From NCBI RefSeq assembly GCF_006345805.1, contig NC_043001.1:20460001-20524000 (forward strand): a DNA stretch of 64,000 nt, written 5' to 3'. The first letter of the stretch is position 1. Every line of letters begins with the position of its first letter. Positions 11,148 through 24,991 of the stretch are shown here, piece by piece. This stretch comes from Octopus sinensis. Its lineage: Eukaryota. A program made the translations under genes and the position numbers. Under the pieces are notes generated by a model. It searched no databases and was not told the origin of the DNA. It was given only the letters and a program-made list of their open reading frames with translations.

Positions 11148-11539
11148 TCTTTATATATAAAAGAAAGGTTGTGTGTCTGTCTAATCCGATTTAGATTCCT
11201 AACTACTCCCACATTTTGCGGTGCAGTTTAACCAGTTTAACCAGTTTATAGTCGTGATTCATATCGAGCCCTTCTGGGTATTAGCGCACGTCTATGATGT
11301 GTCTACGATTTTTAAAATAATTTACCATCATTTTTTCCATTTTATTGCATATTTTTTTAATATAAGGGAAGTAACTCTCTAAAAATGTCTACAATGAGTC
11401 AACGATTTTAAAAAAAATTTACCATAATTTTTTTTTCCATTTTTAATGCATTTTTTGCCATTTTTTGGCTATAACTCTCTAAAAAGGCTTTATAGTTATT
11501 TCCCTTAGAAACCCGAGCAACGCCGGGCGATACTGCTAG
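11148..11539 (+). mobile_element. Non-autonomous Helitron, family H2 copy 1
   Basis: A/TCTTTATATATAAAAG start; CCCGAGCAACGCCGGG hairpin (11512-11527), then CTAG/T; second copy at 53432-53728. Confidence 0.85.
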
Positions 11540-12608
11540 TCAAAGATAAAAAAGCAAAAAATAAAAACAAGTCTCTCGCTGAAATCTCAGTGTCAACTGA
11601 ATGAAAGGAAATCTGATTATAAAATTTATAACCGAAAAGAGGTGGTGTAAGAAATATACACTAGAAAAGGTTTCAGAGAATGACAAATGACCTTACTTTG
11701 GGAAATACCAACCCACACAACAAGGGAGATCAAGTTAATCTCCAATAAATGTGAGGTGAAAACAAAGGTTGTGAAGTGTGCAATGAAATACTAACAGTCA
11801 GTAGTCGCCTTGTTAAATTTGAAAATGAGAGGGAGCTTCTAAATGGTTGCTTGATTTGCTAGAAATAGCAACCGTATCTTCTTCAAATTCTACCCTATTG
11901 TCATGGAAAAGGAAGGATACACTGAATAAATATTGTTTTAGTTAACTCAACATCATCATCATCTAACATCTGTTTTCCATGCTGGTATGGGTTGGATGGT
12001 TTGACCTGAGCTGGCAAGCCAGAAGACTGCACCAGACTTCACTGTCTGTTTTGGCATGGTTTTTTACAGCTGGATACCCTTCATAATATCAACAACCTTA
12101 CCAAGTGGATTGAGTGTTTTTTTTTACATGGCACTAGCATTGGCAAGATCTGTTTTGGCATGGTTTATAAATGCTTGAAAACAAGGGATATGAGAGCCAA
12201 GGCTGGTACAGCTTTGAGCATAAGTCTCCCGGATCAGGGCTAAACTACAATAAAAATGAAACTATTATTATCTTATTTCCCTACTGTGCCAGACAAAATG
12301 CTTTATAGCATTTCTTCCTGCTCTTTACATTCCAAGTTCAAATTCCACAGAAGTTGACTTTGCTTTTTATCCATTTGGAATTGATAGAATAGAATCTATT
12401 ACACTGGGGTTGATGTAATAGATTTCACCCCTCTTGCCAAAACAGCTGGCCCTGTGCCAAAATTAGAAATAATTAATATTTTGTTCTTTTTTCTTTAGAA
12501 ATAGAAACATTATTCAGCTGAAAGTGCTAAAATTTGTACTGGTGCCACGTAAAAAGGCACCTAATCTGAATGCTAAAGGGTTTAACTGGCCAAACTTAGC
12601 CAAAATAT

Positions 12609-12609
12609 G

Positions 12610-12670
<61 letters not shown>

Positions 12671-13340
12671 AGAAAGTATTTTATACAGTGCTCAGGTGCA
12701 CCACAACTTGTCAAAAGAGCATATAAAGCATATGCAGTAATGTACAAATGTCTGGAAGTGAACAGTGTATGAGTCAGATACATGCTTGCGTGTGTATGGA
12801 GGGGAGAAAATCAAGTGTAGTGTTGGTGAATCTCAGGAAGCATGGAAGTTTTGAAGGATGCAGTGCTCCGACAACTAACAACTGATGCTGGCAGTCTGTT
12901 CCATACTTCAGCAACTCTTAGCATGAAAAAATGTTTCCGAAAGTCAATGGAGCTGTGCTGTTTTCTGACTTTGTAAACATGTCCACGGGTGTTAGACAGG
13001 TGGAGTTTGCAAAGGTGCTCAGAGTTATTGTTTGTAAGATGGTTAATAATATTATGGGTGTCTGCCAAGTCAGCTGCCAGACATCGGAGTTTCAATGTAT
13101 CCATGCCCAGGGAAGTAAGGCGTTCAAAATATAGCAAATGTCTGATGGAGGGTATTCTCTTGGTTGCACGTCGCTGAACGGTTTCCAGACGATTAATATC
13201 CAGGGCAAGATGGGAGCTCCAGACCAGTGATGCAAATTCCAGGTGAGGCCGCACCATAGTTATATAAAGCCTCAGATAGAAAGCCAGAGAGTGGCTCACA
13301 AAAGACTTGGTAAGTGATGCCAAGACACCTTCAGCCTTCT
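12609..13340 (-). mobile_element. CR1-clade LINE 3' fragment (ORF2 C-terminus, 3' UTR, (ATT)n tail)
   Basis: ORF 12811-13323 carries VRPHLEFAS.VW, LETVQRRATK, NTRGH and FF.LRVAEVWNRLP; same family as 36615-37608. Confidence 0.9.
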
Positions 13341-13974
13341 TGGCAATTTTAGCAATAGTCTACTTGTTTTATGTTCAAACCAGTCAGATCTGGTTTCTCC
13401 CACCTAAGCTAGGTCACTCTAAAAATAAACAGTCACCTCATCAAAATCTCAACATTACAAGATAATGTCTCATTAATTCAAAACAATGTGAAAAAGAATT
13501 AAATTTGACAAAGTAATCTGAATGCTAAGAGGTTAATCCCTTACAAATGCTGGGTTTATAAATAGTATGTCTGGAGAGAGTTAAAAAAAGAAACACATTT
13601 CAAGGATTGGAACCAGTTTGGTGTGTTTTTCTGTCCATGTAAATATTCTATGCACAGCCATCTACATACAGAGTGCTGCCAACAAAACTATACATCTATT
13701 TTATAACACAGTATAACAACAGAACTGCACCAGGCTCCATTCACCTGTTTCAACAGGGTTTCGGCAATTGGATGCTCTTCCTGATGTCAACAACTTTACA
13801 GGGTGTACTGGGTGCTCTTTACATGACACTGGCATTGGTCCCTCTTACATGGCACCAGCACATATACATATATTGCTGTATTTCAGGATGGTCATTTTTT
13901 GTATTTTCTCCCAAAGAAACACACACTCTATATATTCATTCTTCACTTGTTTATTACTGTTCATATTTTAACTC

Positions 13975-14113
13975 AAGTCCATTGTCCAAAAATCTTTTGT
14001 CACACATCTGTGACCTCTTCAGCTTCACTTTCTGTCCTTGTGTGAGCTCCTGCTCTGTTTAGTCCAGAATGCAGTCACAGATGTGTGACAAAAGATTTCC
14101 AGACAATGGACTT
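13975..14113. mobile_element. Small MITE-like inverted repeat
   Basis: 40-bp arms 13975-14014 and 14074-14113 with 3 mismatches. Confidence 0.65.
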
Positions 14114-14276
14114 AAGATCAAATAAGAACAGTAATTTTGGCACAAAACAAAAGAAGACCATCCCGAAATACAATATCTCTTTTAACATATAATTTCACAT
14201 CAGGAATCTTGCAATACAAATTCACACACACATACGCATACACACACACACCAATATATGTATGTGTGTGTGTATG

Positions 14277-14330
<54 letters not shown>

Positions 14331-14344
14331 ATGCACAGCCATCT

Positions 14345-14530
14345 ACATTCGACATGATAGATCGCTAGTCACTACACATTCTTTATTTTCTCTCTTTGTT
14401 TCTTTCTGTAGAAGAGCATAGGCTCAAAACGTTAAAGACTTTTTCACTTCCCGAGCATTAAACTAATACATCTGTTTGTTGTCTACACCACCTTTCTTCA
14501 TCTTGTTTTTTTGTGAATTCTCCCTACATA
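14345..14530 (+). mobile_element. Penelope-like fragment with degenerate hammerhead motif, between (TA)n tracts
   Basis: TCTTT-CTGTAGA-A-GAGC-ATAG-GCTC-AAAA-CGTT-AAAGA at 14401-14438: stems I and II are perfect, with two core substitutions. Confidence 0.55.
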
Positions 14531-14987
14531 TATATATATATGAAGGGCTTCTTTCAGTTTCTGTTAACCAAATCCACTAACAAGGCTTTGATCAGCCTCA
14601 TGCTATAATAAAAGGTGCTGTGTAGTGAGACTGAACCCAATCCCACTTGGTTGGGAAGCAGGATTCTTAACCATACAGCTACAAACATGCGCACACACAC
14701 ATACATACATATAATAGTTTAAGGAGGAAAGAGAAATGCTTCTGACATTTACAGGATCTCCAAAGCTGGTGAAATTGATGTCCAGTTTGAACATCTATAG
14801 GTTGATGTCTGCAGCGTGAATTAAACAAGGGATGGAATGTGAAAGGATTGATATTCTAAGAGGGCAATATTGGGAAAAGAAATTAGCACAGCAACGAAGT
14901 TTAGAGGACATAGCAAGGATGCGGTGGTGAAGATGGGTGTGGTGTAGATTGCTTGTTAGTTGCCTAGTTCAGGGAAGCAGAGAGTAT

Positions 14988-15868
14988 CTATTTCTTTACT
15001 ACCCACAAGGGGCTAAACACAGAGAGGACAAACAAGGACAGACAAATGGATTAAGTCGATTATATCAACACCAATGTGTAACTGGTACTTAATTTATCGA
15101 CTCCAAAAGGATGAAAGGCATAGTCTACCTCGGCGTAATTTGAACTCAGAACGTAACGGCAGACGAAATACAGCAAGTATTTCGCCCGGCGTGCTAACCT
15201 TTCTGCCAGCTCACCACCTTGAGTATCATAGCAGCCTCAGGTCCTGTCAAACCATCCAACTCATACCAGTATGGAAAATGAATATTCTTTTCTACTCTAG
15301 GCACAAGGCCTGAAATTTTGGGGGAAGGGTCCACTTGATTAGATCAACCTCAGTACACAACTGGTACTTTATTTATCAACCCCGAGAGGATGAAAGGCAA
15401 AGTTGACCTCGACGGAATTTGAACTCAGAATGTAGTGACAGACGAAATACCTATTTCTTTATTACCTATAAGGGGCTAAACACAGAGGGGACAAACAAGG
15501 ACAGACAAACGGATTAAGTCGACTACATCGACCCCAGTGCGTAACTGATACTTAATTTATTGACCCTGAAAGGATGAAAGGCAAAGTCGACCTCGACGGA
15601 ATTTGAACTCAGAATATAGCAGCAGACAAAATACCAATTTCTTTATTACCCACAAGGGGCTAAACACAGAGAGGACAAACAAGGACAGACAAATGGATTA
15701 AGTCGATTATATCGACCCCAGTGCATAACTGGTACTTATTTAATCGACCCCGAAAGGATGAAAAGCAAAGTCACCCTGGCGGAATTTGAACTCAAAACGT
15801 AAAGACAGACGAAATACCGCTAAGCATTTCGCCCAGTGTGCTAACATTTCTGCCAGCTTGCCGCCATG
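14988..15868 (-). mobile_element. Tandem array of tRNA-headed SINE family B copies
   Basis: Repeated GAAAGGATGAAAGGCAAAGTCGACCTCGGCGGAATTTGAACTC units with AAGGGGCTAAACACAGAG tails; the last copy reaches the head at ~15865. Confidence 0.85.
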
Positions 15869-16916
15869 GAACATGAATATTAAATGGTGACAATAATACA
15901 CCCACACCCCACCCACACACATATATATAATCAGTGTACTAAATTCCATTCTTAAGGTAACCAAGGCTGTCGTTGAAAACACTTGTCCAAGATGCCATGC
16001 AGTTGAATAGACCTGAGAACTATGTTGCTATGAAGCAAAGTACTTAACTATACAACTTCACCTGCTGAGTCTATTCAATGTACAAGCTTGTTAACAAAGA
16101 AACTGTGATAAGTTCAAGGAGCCCACCAGATTTGCATTTTTCAGAGTCATAACTGAGATGCTTTATCAGAAGAACAACATATGGTTAAAAGCGTTGAGAG
16201 AATTTTCTAACGAAGCAATTTGTGAAAAAACGTAACTGATCTGCAACAAGTTGAGAGTTCAAACCTATTTGATTCACACACACACACACACACACACTTT
16301 ATCTCCCTTTCCTTCTTTCTCTTACCCTTTCACACACAAATACTCTCTTTCTCTTTCACACATACATATGTGTCTGATAGATATGTTTAAATGATGAAAA
16401 CAGCTGCCTTTCAACTCAAATTATTCTTAAAGTAGGTCTGGAATATTTAACAAATAATAAATTTGACTCGCTGGTCTGTGTAATGCATTTATTTAAATGT
16501 ACTGCATTAATTTGTTTTAATTTTTTCTTAATAGCAAAATAAGCCAAGTTTCAGTTGCCAAAGAAGTTATACATTCTTTGCTGACAGAATTTTTGTTATA
16601 ATCGAAGTTAACAAAAACTCTGAGGAGAAAAACAAACTTATTTCAAAGCATAGGAATTAGTTCAGCCTGAAAATTTATATAATTTCAAGAAGGATCTGTC
16701 TAAGTGTATTACTTTTGGATTAAAATTATGAGGCATTTAAATTATGACTACAAAAATTGATGAATTTCTTTTCTTTTTTTTTTGTCTGAGTGTTTCTTTA
16801 TTTATTTAATTTGATTTATTCATGAGGGCCAGGAGGTTGCAGCTCACTGCTATAAAAAAAAAATGTAGAACAAACAATGAGTAATGAGCTTAAATAAATC
16901 TTTCCATCAGACCTAC

Positions 16917-17320
16917 ATCATCATCATCATCATCGTTTAACGTCCGCTTTCCATACTAGCATGGGTTGGGCGATTATGACTGAGGGCTGGTAAACCAGAT
17001 GGCTGCACCAGGCTCCAATCTTGATCTGGAAGAGTTTCTACAGTTGGATGCCCTTCCTAATGCCAAACACTCCGAGAGTGTAGTGGATGCTTTTTACGTG
17101 CCACCGGCACAGGGGCCAGTCAGGCGGTACTGGCAACAAACCTTGCTCGAATCTTTTTACACATGCCACCGGCACAGGTGCCAGTGAAGTGACGTTGGTA
17201 ACGATCACACTCGAATAGTGCCCTTTTACGTGCCACGGGTACGGAAGCCAGTTGGCTGCTCTGGCAACGATCACACTCGGATGGTGCTCTTGGCACCCTT
17301 CTAGCACAGGCACAGAAATT
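16917..17320 (-). mobile_element. RTE-type LINE 3' UTR with (GAT)n tail
   Basis: Same family as 34944-35400. Confidence 0.85.
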
Positions 17321-17580
17321 TCTGCCCATGAAAAGAAATATCTTTCAACAATCTCAATGCTGTGAAAGTTTGGCTTAAACTTCAGCCTAGTAGTCAGGGT
17401 GTTGCACTCATGATCATAAGATAGTGGTTTCAATTCCCAGACCAGGCAGAACATTGTGTTCTTAAGAAAAGTACTTCATTTCACCTTGTTTCAGTCCACT
17501 TTACCGTAAATGACTTCCAGCTGTATAATATAACTGAATGTGACAATAACAAGAAGACTCATATTTATAAAGTGAACATA

Positions 17581-18032
17581 GGCGTAGGAGCGGCTGTGTG
17601 GTAAGCAGCTTGCTTACCAACCACATGGTTCCGGGTTCAGTCCCACTGCGTGGCACCTTGGGCAAGTGTCTTCTACTATAGCCTCGGGCCGACCAAAGCC
17701 TTGTGAGTGGATTTGGTTGACAGATACAGAAAGAAGCCCGTTGTATATATATACAATGTGAAAGCTTCCCGTTATATATATATATATATGTATGTATGTA
17801 TGTGTGTGTGTGTGTGTGTGTATATGTTTGTGTGTCTGTGTTTGTCCTCCCAACATCACTTGACAACCGATGCTGGTGTGTTTACATCCCTGTAACTTAG
17901 TGCTTCGGCAAATAAGACTGATAGAACAAGTACTAGGCTTACAAAGAATAAGTCCTGGGGTTGATTTTCTCAACTAAAGGCAGTGCTCCAGCATGGCCAC
18001 AGTCAACTGACTGAAACAAGTAAAAGAGTAAA
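17581..18032 (+). mobile_element. SINE family A
   Basis: GGCGTAGGAG...TGGTAAG A-box-like and GGTTCAGTCCC B-box-like motifs, internal (TA)/(TG), tail stem-loop. Confidence 0.9.
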
Positions 18033-18730
18033 ATATAATCTTTTAAATAAACGGACACTAAGGTATTTTTTTTTTAAAAATACAAAAAACAAATCCCATC
18101 TTTTTCTAGGGAAAAAAATTATAAGATAAACAATTCCCTAATCAAAAATAATGATAGAAGTATTAAGCATTTTATAGCTTTTAGTATGTTCATCTTGTCT
18201 TACATGTATAACAAGCATAATTATAGGTTATCTAATCTCACCACAGCGCTATTATTAAACAGAAATTTGAGAACTTCTAATATTCTAATTGTTTTTATTC
18301 ACCACTATAAAGAAACCTAAATCCAAACAAGTAAGACATTAAAACAAAATGATACTGTCATTTAACACTAAACTTTACTTCTATCACTTTTTGATGGTGA
18401 ATGCTAATAGTTAAAGACCAATCAGGAAACTAGACAATTCCTACAGCAAATACCTGTGTAAGGTTCTAAGTTTAACTTTGAATACAAATTAAGAAGTAAA
18501 TTACCTAGTTATCTTTAGGAGGACAGTTGAAGAATGGAACACACAGCAAGGACATGTCTCATAAGTAAACTATGTAGCAATTTCTTCCTCTCTCTCTCCC
18601 CTTCTCTTTCTGTCTCCCACTCTCTCTCTTCTCCCCTTCTCTTTCTGCCTCCCACTCTTCCTCTCTCTTTCTCTCACTCACTAACATAGCAATCTGCCTC
18701 AGAGTAGCAATCTCTCTCCTACAAGTCTCT

Positions 18731-19378
18731 TTTATTCTCTTTTACTTGTTTCAGTCATTTGACGGCGGCCATGCTGGAGCACCACCTTTAGTCGAGCAAA
18801 TCGACCCCAGGACTTATTCTTTGGAAGCTTAGTATTTATTCTATTGGTCTCTTTTGCCAAACTGCTAAGTTACGGGGACGTAAACACACCACCATCAGTT
18901 GTCAAGTGATGTTGGGGGGGACAAACACAGACACACAAACATATACACATTCATATATATATTCATTAAAAATGTGACCACGTGTGTACCGTTGGCAGTT
19001 TTTTTTTCCTCCGTCTTCCCTTCTTTGGATCTTTCCTTTTCCTATGATTCTGACAAAGAGCTCCACTCGAAACATTAAACCCTCCTTCTTTCCTTCTTTC
19101 CTGAGCGTCCAATAATACTATACTTGTTCCAGGTCTTCACGTTGTGTTTTCTCTTTGTGTTTTCATGTTTGGATTAACTATATATATATATATATAATAT
19201 ATATATATACATAAACATATATATGACGGGCTTCCTTCAGTTTCCGTCTACCGAATCCACTCACAAGTTTTGGTCAACCAGAGGCTATAGTAGAAGACAC
19301 TTGCCCAAGGTGCCACACAGTGGGACTGAACCCGGAACCATGTGGTTGGTAAGCAAGCTACTTACCACACAGCCTCTC
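18731..19378 (-). mobile_element. SINE family A interrupted in its internal microsatellite
   Basis: 3' half at ~18731-18960 and 5' half at ~19220-19378 flank a foreign ~220-bp insert. Confidence 0.85.
18965..19180 (+). mobile_element. Penelope-like fragment with degenerate hammerhead motif
   Basis: GATT-CTGACAA-A-GAG-CTCCA-CTC-GAAA-CATT-AAAC at 19046-19080; inserted in (TA)n. Confidence 0.5.
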
Positions 19379-22047
19379 CTTCTGTAAATTGTGACCAAGC
19401 AAATACATCAATTGAAATAATACAAGCACTGTTGTCTCGGTTCCTACCAAAGTGTTAATAGGTTTGTGCAGCATTGCAACATACCTTCTGACTGGCAATA
19501 AGACGGTTCCCAAGACGAGAAGAACAAGCATTAAGTCAAACAAAATATCGTGAGAAAAAAGTTAAGATAGTGACCAGGTCATAGCTTTAGCTCTGGGTGG
19601 TAGGCCTAACATGTTGTTCAGGAGATTCTATGTGAATGTTCCAGCAGCTAGAAATAGCAGCTAAATCTCTCTGAAATTACATACAACTATTTTGAAATGG
19701 AACAAGAATACATAGTTCTAGGTACACAGTACCTGACAAAAGGAGAACAGGATGGTCATAGATGGAAAGCCAATGATCATAAGTCTGAGCTCAGTCACAT
19801 AACAATTTGGATATTTACCTCTTCGTTAATATACAAATGAGAATATTATATGCAAGGTTTCTTAGCTCAAAAAACTTAAAATGCACCTCTTAAGGGTACA
19901 GGGATTGTAAAAATTAAAAAACTCATGGGCTAAGCTTTCTCTTTTCTTTCCCGCTGACTCCTTCAAAACAATATATCAAGTTCTGCCAATAACTGGCAAG
20001 TAAAAAAAGTAATAACAAGGTTAACTAATGAGAGATTTGCTGAGCAGGTAACATGTAAAGTAATCTATGTCTATAAAACAGTCCTTGGACGAAAATTGTG
20101 TGCACGTTTTGCTTTGACGGTTAATGGCAGCCAAACCGGGACTAGGATCGAGCTGAAAATTGGCAGGGATACTAAATGCATGGTGAGGATGAGACCCGCA
20201 ATGGTTAAAATTCGCAAGCTATAAAGATGTGGTTGCTATGGCAAAAAGAGTGATTTTTTTTTATCGATTCAAGGGGGTCCAGAGCCCCTCTAGGATAGTG
20301 TGATTGGCTTTTAATGCCCAGCGGCATGCACTGCAGGCTGTTGTGCTTAATAAACATACATTTTGTCGCAAAATTCCAGCAATGAGGAAATGATTTTTCA
20401 TTGTGAAAAAACGAGTGCTTTTTGCCCTCATCTTCTTTTTAATCTTTTAATAAAAGTGAAAGGATTTCATCTATTTATTTCTGCTGTCCACTTACGACGG
20501 TGATTCAGTTGACTAGGAAAACTATATGTGATGAATATCCAATACCAAACTATCTTAATCTACATATTGAAACTGCATTAAACTTTGGAAAGCTTACCTT
20601 TACCTATTCTGAGTTACTTGAAAGGTGATGTTCCCTTCCTTCTCTTCTGATTGTTGATACCTTCTTTTTTTTACCTTTCATACCGTTGTTTCACTTTAAG
20701 GATGCTTCTTTACCCAGCCATTATGATATTTCGACAGCTGTCCATTGTTTCAAATAGGTTTTAGCGTTGTCATTCTGGCCTTTTTTAAACACTCACATAT
20801 GATTCTTCCAAAAGAATCAACCTTTAAATAAGAGTTTTGCTTCCACTAGCGAAAGCTATATGTATCTTTCAGGAAGCTCCATACCAATTTATCTTTATGC
20901 AGCATTCACTGTTAGTTTATGTGCACGCTATGTGGGAAGATAGAATAAAGGGGCTTCTGTTAGCTTTTCTCTCCGAAAAAAGTATCTCCCTTTGCTGTTG
21001 AAAAAAAATAAACTCGATGAGGGGAAGTTTCAACATCTTCCTTCAATTTCCTTACACCATTTATGTGGCTGTTTCTAATGAGAAATTTCATTTTCATGTA
21101 AAACAACTATATTTTGTAGTCATTATCCGTAATCTACTCCCCAAACACTTCAGTAGCTCTACTTTACATCGCTTGCAAACCTATATGTTTTATGATAATC
21201 AAAGTGCAACGACCTCCACAACAACCAGCCTTCAATTTGATTTTCCGTTCCTAGGTTAATTGGAAACAGATTACCATGCTACACATAAACCTTCTCGGTA
21301 GTTCAATTATTTGGTGAAAAAATACCACAAAAGCAACTTAAACCGCCCAAAGGATGGGTGCGTTTGCTAGTCAGTAATGAACCATTAGCAATAGTTAATA
21401 TATAAAACATTAGCAATAAGTTCAACTGTGGTGATTTAGAAAAGAAATATGTGAAGAGATTACTGCAATCAGGAATAAAAGTTTAAAGTTTCAATAGATA
21501 TCAAAGTATACCAACACTGGACAAAGAGAGAAAATAAATTTTATCAGATATTAGAGATGGAAGTAATAATTATCAAAATGAGCAAGACTATTTTAGTAAC
21601 AATGCCCTTGGTTCAAGACTAATAAAAAACGAAAACAAACACTTAAATAGCCTAAACATGGTTTACCAGGTACTGGGTTAGAACAACTAAGGAAAGGTAG
21701 TTGCTTTAAAGTAAAATCGTCAAATTTGTGATAACAGAATGTATTAGTGATTGAAGAAAACAAGCTTTAGGTTGTCAAATTCAGAGAATTTATATCACTG
21801 ATATAAAGCTTGATAAGAACAAGAATTTCTTTTTTAATGGTTTAGTCAGAGGGCAGAGGTCATGAGCTTCTTTAGAGGGTTTGTGACTGGTTGGTGAAAA
21901 TGGAAGAATTTATCCTCAGATCAATCTTGGTTAGATGCTTGCAACAGAGTGGACTCCTACAAAGGAACCCCAAGACCAAAGGAACACCCAAGAACAAGAA
22001 TGGCTCATCTGATAGACTTCCACAGATTTTACTAACAATATGCAATA

Positions 22048-22440
22048 GGCGCAGGCGAGGCTGTGTGGTAAGAAGCTTGCTTCCCAATCACATGGTTCTG
22101 GGTTCAGTCTCACTATGTAGCACCATGGGTAAGTGTCTTCTATACCCTTGGGTCAACCAAAGCCTTGTGAGTGGACTTGGTAGATGGAAACTGAAAGAAG
22201 CTCATTGTATGTGTGTGTGTGTGTGTATTTGTGTGTCTGTGTATGTCCCCCTACCGTCACTTGACAACCAATGTTGGTGTGTTTATGTTCCCCGTAACTT
22301 AGCAGTTCGGCAAAAGTGACCGATAGAGTAAGTACTAGGCCTTCAAAGATAAGTCCTGGTGTCAAATTGTTCGACTAAAGGTAGTGCTCCAGCATGGCCA
22401 CAGTCAAATGATTGAAACGAATAAGAAAAAAGAAAAAGAA
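22048..22440 (+). mobile_element. SINE family A
   Basis: Full head-to-tail similarity to the other copies; a more diverged copy follows at ~22590-22990. Confidence 0.85.
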
Positions 22441-23394
22441 TACTTTCATTAAGCCAAGGCCATCGGAGACCACATGTGTCCACTCTGAGGGATTGAACCT
22501 GAAAACACAGAGTTTGACAGTGAACGTTTAACCATACAGCTATGTCATGGTTGACAAAAGGTCATGCATAGTTAGACATAACACACAGATGCAGACACAG
22601 CTGTACGCTTAGGAAGCTCACTTTGCAACAGCATGATTTGGGGTTCAATTTCAACATGTGGCACCTTGGGCAAGTGTCTTTTTGTACAGCCCTTGATCAA
22701 CCAATGCCATGTGAGTGAATTTGATAAGTGGAAACTATGTGAAAGCCCTTCACATATATGTGTGCGTGTGTGTGTGCTTGTCACCCAACCCCACTGTCCA
22801 TCACATGACAACTGGTGTTGGTTTGTTTTCATCCTCCAAAACTTATTGGTTTGGTAAAAAGAGACTAAGAGAATAAGTATTGAACTTAAAAAAAAATCCA
22901 TAAGTAATGGGATTAATTTATTCAACTAAAACCCTTCAGTGCAATGCCCCAGCATGGCCACAGTCCAATGACTCAAACAAATAAAAGATAGGTGATGAGC
23001 AAAGACATGTGATAAAGAATAAAGGGGTTCTTTTGTGAGTAAAGTAAGCAAAGTGCTTTGTAGTTGGATTATAAATTGTTTGTGTTACAAGAAATTTGCA
23101 GAATGATGGCACAAACAATGTAATGCTGTTTCCTGTGGAGCAGAGGAGCGGATACTGGTGAGATAAGGTCACCAAGTAAACAAAGTGTTCTTCCATGAAT
23201 GAGTTCATATAGCCAACAGGACAATCATCTTTGAACCCTGATCAGTTTCTGAGCAAGAATAGGAGATAAATGTTCATAGCAGTTCAAAATTTTGCAGTTG
23301 TTGTTGCAGTCAGCCCTGACTGTACAGACTTGTGATCAAAGACATTCCAAGATATAATCATCTTGATAAGATTAGGAAATTATTCATAATTATA

Positions 23395-23565
23395 GGCATA
23401 GGAGTGGCTGTTTGGTAAGTAGCTTGCTTACTAACCACATGGTTCCAGGCTCAGTCCCACTGCGTGGCACCTTGGGCAAGTGTCTTCTACTATAGCCTCG
23501 GGCCGACCAAAGCCATGTGATTGGATTTGGTAGAGGGAAACTGAAAGAACCCCGTCGTATATATG

Positions 23566-23596
<31 letters not shown>

Positions 23597-23818
23597 ATGC
23601 GTGTGTGTATATGTTTGTGTGTCTGTGTTTGTCCCCCCAACATCGCTTGACAACCGATGCTGGTGTGTTTACGTCCCCCATAACTTAGCGGTTCGACAAG
23701 AGAGACCGATAGAATAAGTACTAGGCTTACAAAGAATAAGTCCTGGGGTCAATTTGCTCGACTAAAGGCGGTGCTCCAGCATGGCCACAGTCAAATGACT
23801 GAAACAAGTAAAAGAGTA
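23395..23818 (+). mobile_element. SINE family A
   Basis: Full head-to-tail similarity to the other copies. Confidence 0.9.
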
Positions 23819-23820
23819 AT

Positions 23821-24029
23821 CCCTTTAGCATTTGAAACTGGCAATATTTGGCCCAAACATTTTACCTGTTTTATGTCCAAATTGGCCAGATCCAGCCTCT
23901 CACATCTATCCTACAATGTCATTGCAAAAGTAAACAATCACACCGTCAAAATTTCAAAACCACATGATAACTGCATGACTAATACAAAACAATGTGAATA
24001 AGTAAGCATTGCATTTGACAGCTAAAGGG
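23821..24029. mobile_element. piggyBac-like MITE
   Basis: CCCTTTAGC...GCTAAAGGG-TTAA termini; left TTAA degenerate. Confidence 0.65.
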
Positions 24030-24356
24030 TTAAATACACATATTTCTCTTGTTTGGTCATGTTGTCCTTCACTGGAACATAACAATTATCCAATCTGTCT
24101 CTCCAATTTCAAGATAAAAAGTTCATGGCTTTTTTTAACAGGTCAGCCAACTACACAGATCCTTGCATTGGTGCTTGACTATATTGTTGTCCTATGTTGC
24201 TCATGTGAAAGATACCTGAATCAATTCCAAGCAGTGAATTTATAGTTCTTTGATCTTAAATAATAGATTATAGATAAAACTGAAAGAATGATCATTTTTA
24301 ATTTCTACTTAATTTATACCTTTGCTGTTAATTATCTACAGGTATGATTATATCTA

Positions 24357-24700
24357 TATCATCATCATCATCATCATCGTTTAGCGTCCGCTTTCCATGC
24401 TAGCATGGTTTGGACGGTTCAACTGGGGTCTAGGAAGCCAGAAGGCTGTACCAGGCCCAGTTTGATCTGGCAATGTTTCTACGGCTGGATGCCCTTCCTA
24501 ATGCCAACCACTCCATGAGTGTAGTGGGTGCTTTTTATGTGCCACCGGCACAGGTGCCAGACGAGTCTGGCAAACGGCCATGATCGGATGGTTCTTTTTA
24601 TGTGCCACCGGCACGGGGGCCAGGCGAGGCTGGCAAACGGCCACGAACGGATGGTGCTTTTTACGTGCCACCAGAAAGGGGGGCAGGTGAGGCTGGCAAC
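24357..24700 (-). mobile_element. RTE-type LINE 3' UTR with (GAT)n tail
   Basis: Close to the copies at 33110-33382 and 45096-45520. Confidence 0.85.
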
Positions 24701-24845
24701 ATTAATACAAACAGATATACATGTATAAAAAAATACACACACATGATTCAAATACAATGACATTAACAGTTATTTATCCCACAATTTAAAGTTTAAATTG
24801 CACAACCTGCCAGTCTCCCTTGGGCAATACTACTTAAAAACCTAC

Positions 24846-24919
24846 TTTTCTCATTTTTTGTGTGAAGAACTCTGAGAATGAAAGCCAATTGCTGTGTAAT
24901 ATAAGACGATTTAATATAT
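24846..24919 (-). CDS. Candidate internal exon (74 nt)
   Basis: Acceptor CTGTTTTATTTCTTTTAG, donor AAA/GTAGGT; two open frames (xILNRLILHSNWLSFSEFFTQKMRK or xYIKSSYITQQLAFILRVLHTKNEK). Confidence 0.5.
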
Positions 24920-24991
24920 CTAAAAGAAATAAAACAGCTGTTGTCTTAATTTATTTTAAAAACTATGTACATTATAGGCACAGCGTGGTAT

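Noticed and set aside
14988-15868. Regularly spaced repeats superficially like a CRISPR array
   Set aside because: Units are ~190-bp SINE copies with no unique spacers, in eukaryotic DNA with no cas genes.
19470-19476. Strong minus-strand donor AAG/GTATGT
   Set aside because: Only a 7-nt or 3-nt exon is possible because all longer frames hit stops; unsupported.
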